From Priapulus caudatus (Eukaryota): a DNA stretch of 57,467 nt. Made by a program: the position numbers and the translations under genes. Position 1 is the first letter of the stretch, and the number at the start of each line of letters is the position of its first letter. Location: contig NW_014577067.1 in NCBI RefSeq assembly GCF_000485595.1, forward strand, positions 900,553-958,019, written 5' to 3'. The notes under the pieces are model-generated. The model had not been told where the DNA came from, searched no databases, and saw nothing but the letters and a program-made list of their open reading frames with translations. Below, in pieces: positions 1-14,453 of the stretch.

Positions 1-180
1 TTCCCTTTATAGGGAGATGTTCATTTTAAAGAGGTTTCACTGTATAACTGTCAGTCAAGGGAAATGTCCAAAGTTCCCTTTATAGGGAGATGTTCATTTT
101 AAAGAGGTTTCACTGTATAACTGTCAGTCAAGGGAAATGCCCAAAGTTTCCTTTATACAGAGGTGTTCATTTCATGGAGG
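1..180. repeat. Tandem ~73-bp repeat, truncated by the window edge
   Basis: The unit ttccctttatagggagatgttcattttaaagaggtttcactgtataactgtcagtcaagggaaatgtccaaag recurs at 1, 74 and (partial) 147. The same repeat recurs at ~4985-5175. Confidence 0.85.
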
Positions 181-574
181 CCAGAAGTTAAGGAGATGCC
201 TAATGTTGGAAGAAGATGGTTGTATATAGATGTTGAATGTTTAATGGGGGTTAGTCTGTAGATGCTATCCAGCAATTTGTCTAGTAACAATAATTAATAG
301 TAAAGCAATTAGGTATTCTCACTGCCACAAAGCATTCCATTCACATGACTTATTACAAAATAAAGAATTATATATAGATTTTAGGAGATCTAGACTTGCA
401 AATGACAATACAGTTTGATATGAGATGTGTTAATGATAAGAGAGACTGATAGTTAATCTACAGGTGAAAATACAGTACGACATGAGATCTGCTAAAGATA
501 ACAGCAATAGGTAGAATATCTATTAGTGATAACTGGGAAGAACAAACAATAAAGAGAACATTATATCTACTCAC

Positions 575-3500
575 GGCGGCTGTGTTTAGACACTGTGAAA
601 ACTTAGACGCCATCACTGCCACCTCAGTGCACATGAGCATACACAATCTGTAACAACAAAATGCAGTGAAACGTTTAGCTTAGCACACCATATCAGATGG
701 AAACAAAACTATAAATCAGTTTACAAATACAACAACACTATGTTGAATAAAACGGACAAAGGAAAGCGACGTGTTATGCAAACTTATTTTAAGAGCTGCA
801 CCAACAGGTCCTGATGATTTGTGAGGTTGCTAAGGTACAACATTACACCCAAATTTCCTTAAATGATTTATAAATCAACCTAAAGCTGTACCCAATCTTG
901 CAGCTCAGTTGATATGCACACAACCCTCCTGGCTTTCGCAAGTACTGAATGGCCTGATAGCTGATACATTCAGAAATTTGCCTTAATTTCCTTCAGTCCT
1001 TCTTTAATATTCCACCATTTAACAATAATGAGAGATGCTTGAAGTTTGTGATGCTATGTACAAATTTGATATGACACTAAGGAATGCTTTTATTAGCCGA
1101 TAAATGCCGACTCTACGGGGTGCACATCTACTGCCACTACACCCGTGTATAAAGTGGCGGCCTGCTCTGTCTCTAGGGGTCACAGATCCACTGCCACAAT
1201 GCCATGACAGTTTGATGAGCTCATCATTTGATATCATTGATCCATAAAGTTAGCGATAAATCTGATACCTGTTGAATGCGTTGGCTCGATCGAGGTGTCT
1301 CTGCAAGTCAGCTTCCTCCTCCACCAGCAGCAGCTCTCCCATCTTGTGGAAAGCCTCCATCCCCACGGCTGTAAGTTCACCAATGCTCTGCATCGCCTCC
1401 TGGTGGATGAACTGTGCAATGAACTGAATTATTTATTACATTCAATGTGGATGAAATGTAGGAGAGGGAGGGAGGAAGTTACGCCACATTGCTTGACCTT
1501 CCTGGAAGCGTGAGACGATGAATTCATTGACACCGCAAGGTAGCGTCAGGTGCAGTATCGATTGAAACTGCCTGGTAGCGTCAGACGCCGTACTTGATTG
1601 ACACTGCAAGGTAGCGTCAGACGCAGCATTGATTGACGCTGCAAGGTAGTGTCAGACGCAGTATTGATTGACGCCGTAAGGTAGCGTCAGACGCAGTACT
1701 TAATTGACATTGCATGGTAGCGTCAGACGCAGTATTGATTGACGCTGCAAGGTATAGTGTCAGACGCAGTATTGACTGACGCCGCAAGGTAGCGTCAGAC
1801 GCAGTACTTGATTGACGCTGCAAGGTAGCGCCAGGCGCAGCAGTAATGTCAAACACAGCATTCATTGAGTGCGTAATTTCACTGGGCGAATTAGTAGATT
1901 ACTGATGACGTAATTACGTTTTAAATTGAAATTGCTTCGGTTATCCGTACATTTGATAAATTATTTACATCGACTCGACACAAAATTTCAGTCGTAGGAC
2001 ATCAATGTTACGTAATAAATTAGTGCTTATACAGTATTTAACAGGTTCCCCAACAACAATGATACAAGTACAATTTAGTTCCTGTGGAACAGTTTTAATA
2101 TTGTTTGTATATCAATACACTGCCCGTAACGGGTTTACATAATCTACCTATAGGATGCCTAAATCAGTCCATGCACGCCCTGAGCTCCCGCGATGGAATA
2201 ACTAAGTAGGGTTACTACTGGCCAAAGGCTGCAGAATTTACAAAAAGGACATAAAATTCCTTGCAACGCACATTCGTTCATTTTATTACATTTATAAGCA
2301 TCGATAGCAACCTCAGACAGCTTACAATACGCGCGCACCTGGTCATAAATAAAATATAACGTTAGTTTCCCCGCTGGGAATATCATAAAATTTTAAATTA
2401 CGCCGTCAACAAGTAAGTGGTTTAATATATATATATATATATATTGATAGATACCCAGCACGATCTGTATAACCGCGAACACAACGAATTGATGTGATGA
2501 TTAGACTTCAAACAAATTGGCAAATATTACGTATTTTCAGATGAAGCATTTAATGATTGGCCGGCGGCATTATCTCAGAAGCATGCCGCTTCAAACACGT
2601 TCGCCAATCGCATAAATTTCACATTAGCAAATGAAACATTTAAAGCCGCACTATGCGCATCCAAACGCTAATTTCTCCAGTACTAGACTAGCAAATACTT
2701 CGTGTCATGCATAATCACACTACCTTATGACAAAATAAACTCTAGTTCCTCCCATTTCACTGCGCGTTGTCTTATAAAAGGCATTTGAAACTACCTCCAA
2801 TGTTGTTCAAATTCTCCGATGTTGTTGACAGTTTCGCGTTGCTCTCCCAAGCAACCGTGCAGCGGTGCTGCAGTACAGCGGTACGGGTGTAGCAAAGATA
2901 AAAACATGTGACGTCACCTAACCGATTCTTGGCGAAATTGTTTGGCAAACAATTTAGCGTTGGCGCCAGATTACCAGATTTCGCACCTCTCTCTTGTGGG
3001 TTTTAAGCAAACGCGCAGTGAAATGGGAGGAACTAGAGTTTATTTTGCCATAAGGTAGTGTGATTATGCATGACACTAAGTATTTGCTAGTCTAGTACTG
3101 GAGAAATTAGAGTTTGGATGCGCATAGTGCGGCTTTAATCATTGGTAAATGGCGTTATTTCAGGTGCATATGCAGCGTCAAACTCGGTCGCCGATCACAC
3201 AAATTTTGCATTCAAAAATGAAAAACGTAGTGACCGTTTAAGGGCGTTGTTGTAGAAACATTCAGACTAACTGCTAATGCGTTGAACCATTGGCTGTTTA
3301 TTTTTCTCACATTTTTCCGTCAGCTCCATGTTCAAGATAATATAGCAGCGCTGCAAATCTTTATGCATTTACATAAATTAACAACAGTACAAAGCAAATT
3401 CACGTAACTGTATGTTCCGGTTATATTCATGTTTACAACGGAATAACTTACCTTAAAACGTTCACTAACTCTAACCTATGCTCTAACATTAAACCATATA

Positions 3501-4297
3501 ATTTTTCGTCTATAACACAACCCCTATTATCACTGCACGGTTAAAGAACGAGTGTCTCTATTGGCACTTCCAACCTGGCATGTTGCGCCATCTACTGGTT
3601 AGATAAACTCATGGTCGTTTTGCACAGAACAAAAGGCAAAGAACAAGTCTTACCTCACTATAGGAGGGCACACTCTGATTCGCAAAAATTGAATCGAAAT
3701 AGATCAAATGTCAAATGAGCCCAGCAGTTTTTGGAGTTTTGCAATCCAGAATATCTCTTTTTATATTGTATTCGCAATTCATATATATATATATATGCTG
3801 TGGCTATCAATCTAGCATGTTCTCATAACTCTTTAATGTATTTACTAACATGCCAAACAAAACAACATTACCATTACAACATTATTGCATGCCATGATAC
3901 ATGCATACTAAAACATTTACCATTGGATCATCTATAAATCTAAAAAATATGATAATCCAAACTGCTAGTGTATCACCTGTGAGCAGTGGCTCATTGTCTA
4001 GTAAATACTCAAGAGATTACACTTGCAATGCCATACTGGATTGGTACGTCTGAACGCGATAACCACGGCCTACTTGAATATTGTTGCTAGGGGCGACCAC
4101 CAATCTACACAAATATGTACACAGTGTCCTCACGTGCATGTTAGAATTGTCGATTTTGCGGCACCATGTTGCTAAGAATTGTCTTTTAGAACAACCTATC
4201 ACACCAACAATTGGCTATAGCTGCATGTGAATCACGCCAGGTGGTTAGGTCAGTTGTGCCAGTGTGGGTTAGTTGGCACATGGATGCACGCACGTAA

Positions 4298-4344
<47 letters not shown>

Positions 4345-7300
4345 CACACTCATGCATGCACACACACACGTATGCACGCACGCGCGCGACGTACGTACAC
4401 GTACAGTATCTACAGCAGATCACGCAACCTCGCGCGCCGGCAATCACGACGCCTGTAGCGCCCCCTGCAGGTAGGCTAGCTGTACGACGGGAAGCAGCAG
4501 TCTGAAGCCATCCTGCAGGTAAGTGCTGCTGTTCGACGCCTCCAGGTAAACGTTCGTTAAGAACGGCGTCACAAGCTCTGGCTCCTCCGCATCGTCCTAC
4601 CGAACACAGAACAGCAGTTACAGAGATGTTCATGCATGCTCAATGTTTGGGTGTGTTCATTTGGGCTGATGAAATAATCGGGATCGCACGGATCCATTGA
4701 TCCTGTGCATTTGTTTGGGTGGATCACTGATCCGTAGTTCGAATTGTTGATCCTGCTAGCAAGGTGGAATAGAAGGGAATCCAATATGGTGGCACGTGAC
4801 TCGGCCAATCAGCACTCGCTAGTTGTGAACCAACACGACGGGTGATCCGTTGGAAGCAAGTTTACATTTGTTTGGGCAAATTAGAATCAATGTTACAGAT
4901 CAGATAAATCCATTTGAAACACACAGGCTCATTGAATCAGGTTACATTCGCACCTGTGTATAAGGGTCACTCGGAGTAAATGCCAGGTTTCCTTTATAGA
5001 GAGGTGTTCATTCTAAAGAGGTTTCACTGTATGACTGTCAGTCAAGTAAAATGTCCAAAGTTCCCTTTATAGGGAGATGTTCATTTTAAAGAGGTTTCAC
5101 TGTATAAACTGTCAGTCAAAGGAAAAGGTCGCCGAAAGTTTCCTTATATACAGGAGCGGTGTTCATTTACATGGAGGCCAGAGTGTTAAGGAAGGATGCT
5201 TAATGTTAGAAATGAAGATGGTTGGTATATAGCATGCTGATGTTTAATGGGGGTTTAAGTATGTAGATGCTATCCGGCCAATTTTCCTAAGGTAACAATA
5301 ATTAATAGTAAAGCAATTAGGGTATTCTTTACCTGCCCACACCAAAGCATTCCATTCCCATGGGACTTATTAGCAAAGATAATAGACTCCTATTACTATT
5401 AGCATTTTAGCCGAGAATACTAGGACTTGCCAAATGACAATACAGGTTTGATATGAGATTGTGTTAAGTGTTGATTAAGAGAGACCTGATAGGCTTAACT
5501 CTACAGACCTCGTGAAAATACAGTGACGACATGAGATCGGCTAAGATAACAGCAAATAAGATATGAATATCTATTAGTGAGTAACTGGGGAAAACAACAA
5601 CAATAAAGAGAACATCTATGCACTCACGGTCTGCGAAGCACGCTCGCCCCTGGTCGGAGATGGCGGCCGAGGAGGCACCGCAAGGCGCATACCGCGCCCC
5701 CGCAGCGCTGATGTTTAGAACACTAGTGAAAACACTTTGACGCCGAATCACTGCTCCACCTCAGTTGGCCACGATGAGCATACACAAATCTGTCAACAAC
5801 AAAATGCAGGCTTGAAACGTTTAGCTTAGGCACACCATATGGACATGGAAACAAAAACTATAAATTCAGTTTAGACAAATACAACAACACTTATGTTGTG
5901 AATAAAACGACAAAGGAAAGCGAGGCTCGATCCCCGCGTGTTATGAAACTGTATTTTAAGGAGCTGAGTGCCTCAACAGGTTCCTGTCATGATTATGTGA
6001 GGTTGCTAAGGTGTACAACATTAACCCAAATGATTCCGTTTACCAGTATGATTTATAAAGCAACCTAAAGCTGTACCAATCTTAGCAGCTCAGTTTGATA
6101 TGCACACTACCTTCCTGGCTCTTACGCAAGGTATCTGAATGGCCTGGATAGCTGATACATTCAGAATTTTGCGTTAATGTCACTTCCAGTCCTTCTTTAA
6201 TATTCCACATTTAATCATAATGAGAGATGCTTGAAGTTGTGATGCGTATGTACAAATTGAAATATGACCACTAAGCGAATGCTTTATATGTAGCGCCGAT
6301 TAATGCCGACGTTACCGGGGGTGCCCACATCTACTGCGCCACTACACCGTGGTATGAAAGTGGCGGCTGTCCTGCTCTTGTCTCTAGGAGGTCACAGATA
6401 CACTGACACGTGCCTGACAGTTGGATGAGTTACAGTCATTTGATATCAATTGATCTCATGAAAAGTTTAGCGATTAGAAATCTGGAATACCTGTTTGAAC
6501 TGCGTCTGGCTCGATCGAGGGTGTCTCTGCAACGTCGCTTCCCTCCTCAGAGCGGCCCAGACAGCTCTCCCCATGCTTGCTCGGAAAGCCCGCATCCACG
6601 GCTGTAGAGCCTCACCAATGAATCTGGCATTCCGCCTACCCTGCTGTTGGTAGGAACTGATGCAGCGCAACCGGCAACCCAATCAGTCAAATAGCAGTAA
6701 AAACTGTCCGCGGTGTGATAAGATACATATGAATTTTTCCGCAAGGTTAGACCTCAACAGGCCGCTTGGTTACTGTATATATATATGGTGTTTACTGAAA
6801 AATTAGGCTCAAAGCGGTTCTTAATAGGTGGTTAGGCTTAATTGTTTCTACTTGCTTATAATATAGTAGCTAGCTGAAACCCCAGCGGCTATGGGCGCGG
6901 CTTAGTGGACTGTGCAGTGCTCAGTGTTACAGGTACATAGTAGTGTTTTGTGTAAGGATGTTATAGTGAGCAGTTTATGTGTAGTTGCACATGTTTGTTT
7001 TTGTTGATGGTTGAGATGTCAATACAAAGTACATGTATTTTAGGGGCTGAATGTGGGTCTGCTGTATGGTGCAGCATTGGCATTTGGCTTGGTATGGTCG
7101 ATCGATATTGTGAGCCTTTTTTTTATTTTACTGTGGTATTCTTTTTTAAGTCTTCGAGTCTGCAGTGGAAAATAAGAAACCGTACTTGTAAAACATCTTC
7201 TAGCCAACGCAGTCAGATTCTTATGTTAAAGGGAGTCTAAATGGGAAAAGTCTTAGGGCTCTAAATGTTCTTAAAATCTTGCTTCTTATTACGCGGGTTT

Positions 7301-10300
7301 TACTGTATTGCAATTATGTGATCGCTTAGCAAATTATTTATTTTATTTACAGATGGGTCGTCAGGAGATCTAAATACTATTGATCAATTGAAGCATAAGA
7401 TGTAGAACAATACTATACAGCAGAGACGGCGAATGATAGAAAATATGGGACTAGCAACCATGCTCCAATGACGATAACGTGACCACGTCATGTTGTAATG
7501 TTGTGTAATAAGCATAGATTACTGAATTATTTATTACATTCAATGTGGATGAAATGTCCAAATAATTATCAACCAAATTGATAAATCTAAGCATACCACT
7601 CAGAATACTGCTATAGTAGTGACAGAAATCAGAGAAATATAAGGATACATGCTGAGATGTATACATGTACAGACCATAACACCATATGCACTCACTGATA
7701 TGAGATATTTAGTGTCACATTTTTAGAATTACCTTGCCTTCCTTTGCAGCACCAGTCTCTTGTTCTGCACCCAACTGCTCCAAGCACTGCCTGACCCGCA
7801 CGTGACCACTTAGAAGTTTCTCACTAGTCTTCACTATGTTGATATCTGATGCCAATGCCTTCAGTGCAGCATCAAAATCATGTTCATTCTCACCATCGTC
7901 TGATAACAAATGAAATAACCAGGGTAACATCTATGTGTCATATCACCTACATGCTGAAATGTATTACACTGAATGGTTCAAAACAGTATGGAAATATTAG
8001 AAAGCATACATACGCACATGCACACACACGCACACACACACGCACTCACGCACGCATGCACGCACGCACACACACACAAGTCAAGCACGCACGCACGCAT
8101 GCAGGCACACACACGCACTCACGCAAATACACATATTACACTTATCTACAGAACACATACTACACATCTCACCCATCGAGGCTTCATCTCCCCTTCTCAC
8201 AAATTCTCTTCATAAATTTAAAAGCCTTAGAATAACTCTAAATGGAATGCTGGCACACGAAACAGTACCATCTATTTATAGATGCTTCTAACATGCTAGA
8301 AAATCGAATTGGCAAGCTAACAGACATTAAAACAATAACCTAGCAATAATCAAATGAAACTTACATTCTTTATAGGTAATTATATAATCACGTGATATGC
8401 AACATGTGGCGATCAGCAAACTTACTCCACTACATAGCATCGCCAGCACTACCAGTACCTTCATCAACGTCCTCAATCTGGAACACATCTCTCAGACTAA
8501 TAAGATTGCCCTTAAATTCCGGCAGTTGCTCTGCAGGCAGCACGTTGAGCGATGACTGCACTCTTGTTTCACTCTGGTTCGACAGCATCTCCAATGCCTC
8601 CAGGTGAGCGAGCCCTGCCAGAATAAACATGAGAACATACCTACTGTGATTATCAATGTGAAAGACATATGAAGCATAGAAACCATAGGATTAATAACGA
8701 AACCTCAGCCCATAGCAAATAGAGAACTCTCTAGAATTGTAAAACATTAAGCAATACTTGAGGAACTTTGTGATATATGAAAACTGTGTCCCCATGTGTT
8801 TGGAATTGTGGGCCTTGATATAAAGTATAAGAATAATTTAATATCTACGATCTAATTCTAAAATCAGTAAGTACAATAGTTTATATTATTGAATTTCAAC
8901 CTATTTGGAGAATTCAGCTGCAAAATATTTGGGTGATATACTAGTATTATGTTATTGTCATCACTCGAGTTACACTAAATTTTGCAACAATAGCACAAAA
9001 ACACCACGTTTAATTGTATTTAATATATTATTAAATATAAATCTATTTTTAAAGCTGGTTAGTATTCATAGCTGCAGGATACCAGGATAATTAATTTATG
9101 AATTTTTACCTTAATTGCAGATTACATTTACCTTGCTGTTCATCAAACCAGTAACTAAAGTGCCCCTTACTGGCTTCTGCTATCTCGGCATTCTGTTTAG
9201 CCTCTTCCTCGGCCTGTTCCTTTACTTCCCTTAGCACCTACATACATAGACATGTGTATGCAAGTTGTAACATCGTAAAATAATAAGAAAACGTTATCCG
9301 AATCACCATGTTTAATATTTTGCTATGCATTCTTGTCTTTGTGAGACATTTCATGCCTTAATAAGCATTTTGCACAGAATTATAGAATCAATCAATCAAT
9401 CAAGCAACCAATTATTCAATTAGCTAATGAATCAGTAAACATTATAAGCCATCATTATTAACCTGGGAAAGATTTGGTTTGGGTCCCCCAGTTAGCAGCT
9501 CCCTTTTCTTGCGTAATCCTGGATCACCAGAAGACAAATGATGCCACGTCTTCTTTCCAACCGATTCCAATGCATCTAAGCCTACTTCAACCTAAATAAA
9601 AGCAAACCCACGAAACATAGCACAAGAATGTAAAGTATGTTTAAAAGCGAGCGCCTAACTCACTGAACGTTGCAATAATTAGGACAACAAAATTTGAGGA
9701 TAATAGTAAATAATGAGTGTAAAAAATAAATAGAATAGTAAATTTTGTATGTATTCAAAAACAAGAGCCGATAGCTTTATTTCAAATATGAACAGAATAC
9801 AATGATGAACAATGATTTATAGATCTAAATGTGAGTATAAAACCAATAAATTCATATTTCTTAAATACTTACCGTGTTTTCAACAATATTTGAGATTCCA
9901 AGCTTTATGCCTCCAAGTAAGCCTTTAGACATGTCAAATATCCCTCCTCCACCTCCTCTTCCTCCTCCTCCTTCCTCTTCTTCTCCTGTAGATTTATGAT
10001 CTTTTGCCTCATTTTTGCTCTCTGCAGCTTGCTCTTGCTCTTTCTGCTTCCCTGAGCTTCTGCTCGTCTTCTCGTTAGCTTCCTCTGCTGCCTCCACCGG
10101 CTTCTCAGCTATAGCGCGAATCACGAGAATGTTAGAAATAATTAATGCAATCTATACAGCTGGCTTCCATTACTAGCTTGGTTCTAGTATATAATAAGAC
10201 ACATCCTCAGGTTGTTGTTTTTATAATGTAGTGCGTAATTCTCCAGATAAATTATTCCAATATAAGACGTGAAATTGATAATCACAAAAAAACTACAGAA

Positions 10301-13300
10301 GTTGGTGGTAGGGAGGAAATATAATGTAGTCGCTGGATAATTTCTGCTGCCAGATGACTGTGCACTATAGCTGGGTGCTATGTGCGCCGTATAATGGGTG
10401 CACAATTGAAGTGTAATTGTATGTAAAAACAGAAATAAAACAGAAGGAAGGGGTGTATTTTCACAACTGCCACTTTACCGTAAATTATTTACTCGCTAAA
10501 GACACGTACAAATCACACAGGGTAAAAATAAAGATTGCGCGCTACACAGTGAATTTTAGAAAAAGACGAGGGTTAGAGCGAGAGAGCCTTGTGTCTCCCA
10601 TGCAGGCTGTTTTATACCCCCCTTGCAAGATGAGCCGCGATGCCATTACCAAATATGCTTCTACCAATCACTGCTGGCTACAGGGAAGGCATAGGGTCCG
10701 TGATTAGTGCCTATGGTCACTCCTAAGGTGATGACGGAATGAATGGCCAATGGCGAGTCGGGAGTGGAAATGTTTTATGCCCCATAGGCCACGTAGATGG
10801 CCGACGTGGGTATGACGTAGGGCTGATGGCACATTGCGGCAATTTAGTAATAGAGGGGGCTCTAATAGCAAAAGCAGTTGCGCGAGATGGCGCGTGCAAG
10901 TGTCATCAATAATCAAAGATGGCATCGCCCTTCGTCTGTGATAACCTCACTCCATTGAGTTGCTGAAATCCTACCAGCTAAAATCCAAGTATATTCAGGC
11001 AGGCGAGAATTTCGCTCAGCTGTGAGTTAACACATCTGCATTGCAGGTTGCCAGGCAATAATTATTATTAGAATAGTGCCAGTTCACCCCCATGCATGCG
11101 TAATGGGCTGCCCCCGTGTTTTTGCCTACCCACGCGAGCATTCAGGGTGCTATTACAGTGTGCTAATACAGGGTGCTACTCAGGGTGCTAGTACAGACTG
11201 CTTTAAAAAATAATATTATTTAAGGAGCGTAAACCTTGTTCAACAAACATTTGCCTTTGCAATTGAACTGTGCAACTGTAGCCTCACATCCACAATAGCA
11301 AAAGCAGTTCAGTCCTTTGTTAACAGTCAACAAATCCATGTTTAACCCTCCTCTTAAGGGTCAAAAGGTTATCAGACACTTACTCTTCGCACATCAGCGG
11401 AAAGTACATTTCATGGTCCTTTCAATAAAGTGATAGAAATGGTAGGTTGGCGCTGAAACAAAAAAGTTTTGCACTCGGTCCATTAGACCATGTCCTCAGA
11501 AAATGTCTGATATCCAACCTTTCCCCCACTGCCCTTTGACCTGTGACCTCCAATTTCGCACTGGTGATGGGTTTCTTCCCCATCACACTATACATCAAAT
11601 ATTAAGAGCGTAGGGTGAGCCATTGAGATTTGTGCCGCAATTCCGTATTTCCTCCTATACCTTAAGTTAAGGGGAAAATAGTCCCCCTCCATTGACACAT
11701 TTTGACTTTTGACCCCCAAATTCGACATCCCGAGTCCTTTTCGCGACCTCCCCCCCCCCCTTTCGACATCCCAAGTATCAAGACCGTACGTCGAGCGGTT
11801 AAGATTTGTGCCCAACTGTTGACGAACGGACGAACGCACGGACGGACGGACAATCATGCGATTCTACAAGCTGCATCTGACTTTGTCAGCTGAGCTAAAA
11901 ATATATAACTTAGCCCTTAAAAATATAGAAAATACCTCTGTGTATATATGTTATATGTTCACATAAAACAACACACACACACGCACACGCACACGTACAC
12001 GCACACGCACACGCGCGCACATACACATATATATTTGCGATAGTTACATCTCTGTTTCTTGTCACCAATTCGCATATCGGCTGTTGCTTCCTCTGCTGTG
12101 CCTGCCACCGAGTCCTGTGCAAGTTGTTCAGGGGAAGGAGCGCCCATCTCATGTTCAACCGTCTCTAGCACTGCGCTTATACCATGACCTGAGTAAACGA
12201 ACATCTTAACGTATTAGAATTACGAGCAGGTGTAAAAAGAATCACGTGGGGTGCAGCAATATCAATCGCACACCTGTGGCCTTTCTCAGCCTGGTGCACG
12301 GTCATCTATCTATGTACCCTCACTATAGCAAACAATGGCCTTGTTTACTAGTATTACTCTAATGAAGCATAGAACATTAGAGTGACCCATATGCCTATAT
12401 GCAGAAATGAGAAGAATGTTTATCAGGGCATGTGAGCATTCATTTAGAATGAAATATAATGCATATATTAGGCACACCTTCACATTACAATATAGTTTAG
12501 TTTTATTCATTAGTAAACGTTACACGATGCTTAATGATTGATATAGGATGTAGGTTCTACAGAATATGAATGTGAATTCCATTTCATCAGGAATTAGATA
12601 CTAGCAGATGATAAAGCAATACCAATAATAGAGAAACATCTCGCTATTATTTATGAACTCCAGACGTAACATGCGCAGTAAGCGTCAATAAATTTATTAC
12701 TACTGTCTTACCAACTTGTGAGGTAAATGTGGATACGGATGTGGAGGCAGTAGAGAGCAGGGAGGACCCCCAGCCCCAGCCCCACCCGGTACGAGCCGCA
12801 GGCTGCTGAGATGATTCCGACTGCAAAGACAAATCAACATCTACTTACAGAAATTATTACTCTCACCAAATGCTCTCTCGTGCGCACAATGAGGATATCC
12901 ATTTGCAACTGAACCTAAAAAACTTAACTACTACCTAGAAACACAGCTAAGCACTGCTGCTTTCTGAACCAATTCACTCTAGCCACGTACGACTTTCAGC
13001 TTTAATTATTTTATGGTGTTTGGATCATCCTCACAGAAACGTCACCTACTTGAGCAACTCCAGACAGCTTCTCTAGGACAGACATCTCTTTCTCGGTGTG
13101 CTCTGCCTTTGTTTCCTCCTTGACTCCTGAATCCAACTTACTCGTAAGAGTAGCGTCTGTCTGGAACTGTTTACACATACAGAAAATAACTACAAGTCAG
13201 CAGTGTTCACATTTCATTCTGTTTAAATTGCACATGTACAAATATACGTAATATGTCTTCGATTGATCCAACAATGCTAACACAAAAGGCATTTTAACCC

Positions 13301-14160
13301 AGAAGATATATATGGTTAGAATCCGAATGGCTCACAAACCATACCAAACATCTAAAATTCATTACAGCTAGTAATATGAATAAAATGAGAAAAATGCTTA
13401 AACTAAAGTACACCGTAACATTCTATTCACAATTTGCCACATATGGATTGAGAACATTATAAATAATCATATTGTTCCCAATAATTATGCAAAAAAAAGG
13501 AAACGTCATTTAGAATCAATCCTTGACGCATTCACCTGTGAAGGTTCTGCTTCTTCCTCTTTGGACGAAAGCTTAGAGTTATCTTCAGTAATATTACACG
13601 ATCCCATCTGTGTCAATGTATGGTCAACATCCTGCACCTCAGTGTTGTTACCTGTAGTGCTTTTTGCATAAACACTAGCAGTATCAGTTTTCAGTCCTTC
13701 CTCTGTTGAAACTGCATCACCTGTTTAAATATGATCAACACTAATACCATGCACATGTCAAGGCAATTGTATGTTCATAGTAATATATACATTAATAACA
13801 CGATAGTGAATATTTCTAAAGTGTTACACTTGCTCAAGTGCAGCAGGGAATGCTATAATATAGACAGCAATGTTTGTTCACATGCATTATTTTACATAGT
13901 ACTCATAAGCTTCAGTTATTTACTAATCCACTAGAAAGACTTTATTTTTATAATAGCTTATGATGATCATAAATTAGAACTGCCATAAATGTATTCTGAT
14001 CATGGATACCTGTTTTGGCATTATTTACTTCTGGATCAGTTGCCTCATTATGTAAGTTTTCTGGAACTTTACTTTCACCAAGGGAATGCTCTGATGTCGC
14101 TTCATCTTCGCTTCCTTCGTCTGCACTCTGAAACTCTGTTTCGCTTTCTGTCTCTGCCAT
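575..14160 (-). CDS. FAM114A2: FAM114A2-like protein (FAM114/NOXP20 family), multi-exon, 3' end beyond the left edge of the window
   Basis: Phase-consistent GT-AG exons (minus): 14160-14010, 13720-13536, 13166-13050, 12820-12712, 12188-12048 (alternative donor 12066), 10108-9873, 9591-9463, 9237-9132, 8614-8459, 7899-7733, 1411-1269, 647-575. The translation has FAM114 hallmarks: GWGWGWGSSLLSTASTSV, GLDALESVGKKT..GDPG, LSQVLREVKE, FDEQQGLAHLEALEMLS, IGELTAVGMEAFHK, EVAVMASKFSQCL. The A1 versus A2 paralog name is nominal for an invertebrate. Confidence 0.92.
1526..1838. repeat. Minisatellite, about 9 units of ~35-37 bp
   Basis: Consensus gacgctgcaaggtagcgtcagacgcagtattgatt repeated head to tail, with no unique spacers. 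Confidence 0.9.
2644..3134. mobile_element. Non-autonomous TIR element with TTAA TSD (Kolobok-like MITE), copy 1
   Basis: TTAA 2640-2643 and 3135-3138 flank ~125-bp inverted repeats starting AGCCGCACTATGCGCATCC. Near-identical copies at 15701 and 24881. Superfamily inferred from TTAA plus AG termini. Confidence 0.85.
4285..4385. repeat. (GCAC)n/(CA)n microsatellite
   Basis: Directly visible. Similar tracts at ~8010-8125 and ~11970-12020. Confidence 0.9.
4980..6660 (-). pseudogene. Indel-riddled duplicate of positions ~1-1415, including frameshifted copies of two FAM114A2 exons (probably an assembly artefact)
   Basis: Collinear match to 1-1415 with many 1-3 nt insertions. The exon copies at ~5625-5790 and ~6490-6660 are out of frame. 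Confidence 0.7.
10858..11900. mobile_element. Dispersed repeat, Helentron-associated (HINE/DINE-like) element, copy 1
   Basis: Highly similar to 36586-37500. Ends in a (GGAC)n-like microsatellite, a small hairpin (ctgactttgtcag) and gagctaaaa. The 5' boundary is uncertain and the class is inferred. Confidence 0.7.
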
Positions 14161-14453
14161 TCCGGCTGTTGCTGCCTGCTGTATAACACCAATAATTTTC
14201 ATTTAATTTAGTAGAATCACCTCTTCACCAGCTTAAAATTATCTTATTGTATTTGCGAACATCGTGGTTTTATTAGTGTCACTGATTGGGCCTTTACGAC
14301 CCTATTTTGAACTGCTCTATATCTATAATTGCTTTGCCAGCATTGTAATCCAACTATATATTGGCATTGCACCTACATTTGGGCATCATATATTTTTAAA
14401 TACAATGCATGATGAGCTGATGCATGATGGCAAGATTGATTAGATTGGCATTA

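Noticed and set aside
1526..1838. CRISPR-like array (palindromic ~35-bp repeats)
   Set aside because: Units are contiguous with no unique spacers, there are no cas genes, and the context is a eukaryotic intron.
4186..4633. ORFs with ARTH/CVRA repeats (also 7849-8235)
   Set aside because: Translations of (GCAC)n microsatellites.
13721..14009. U12-type intron (donor GTATCCAT)
   Set aside because: The donor deviates from GTATCCTT and there is no TCCTTAAC branch site near the acceptor.
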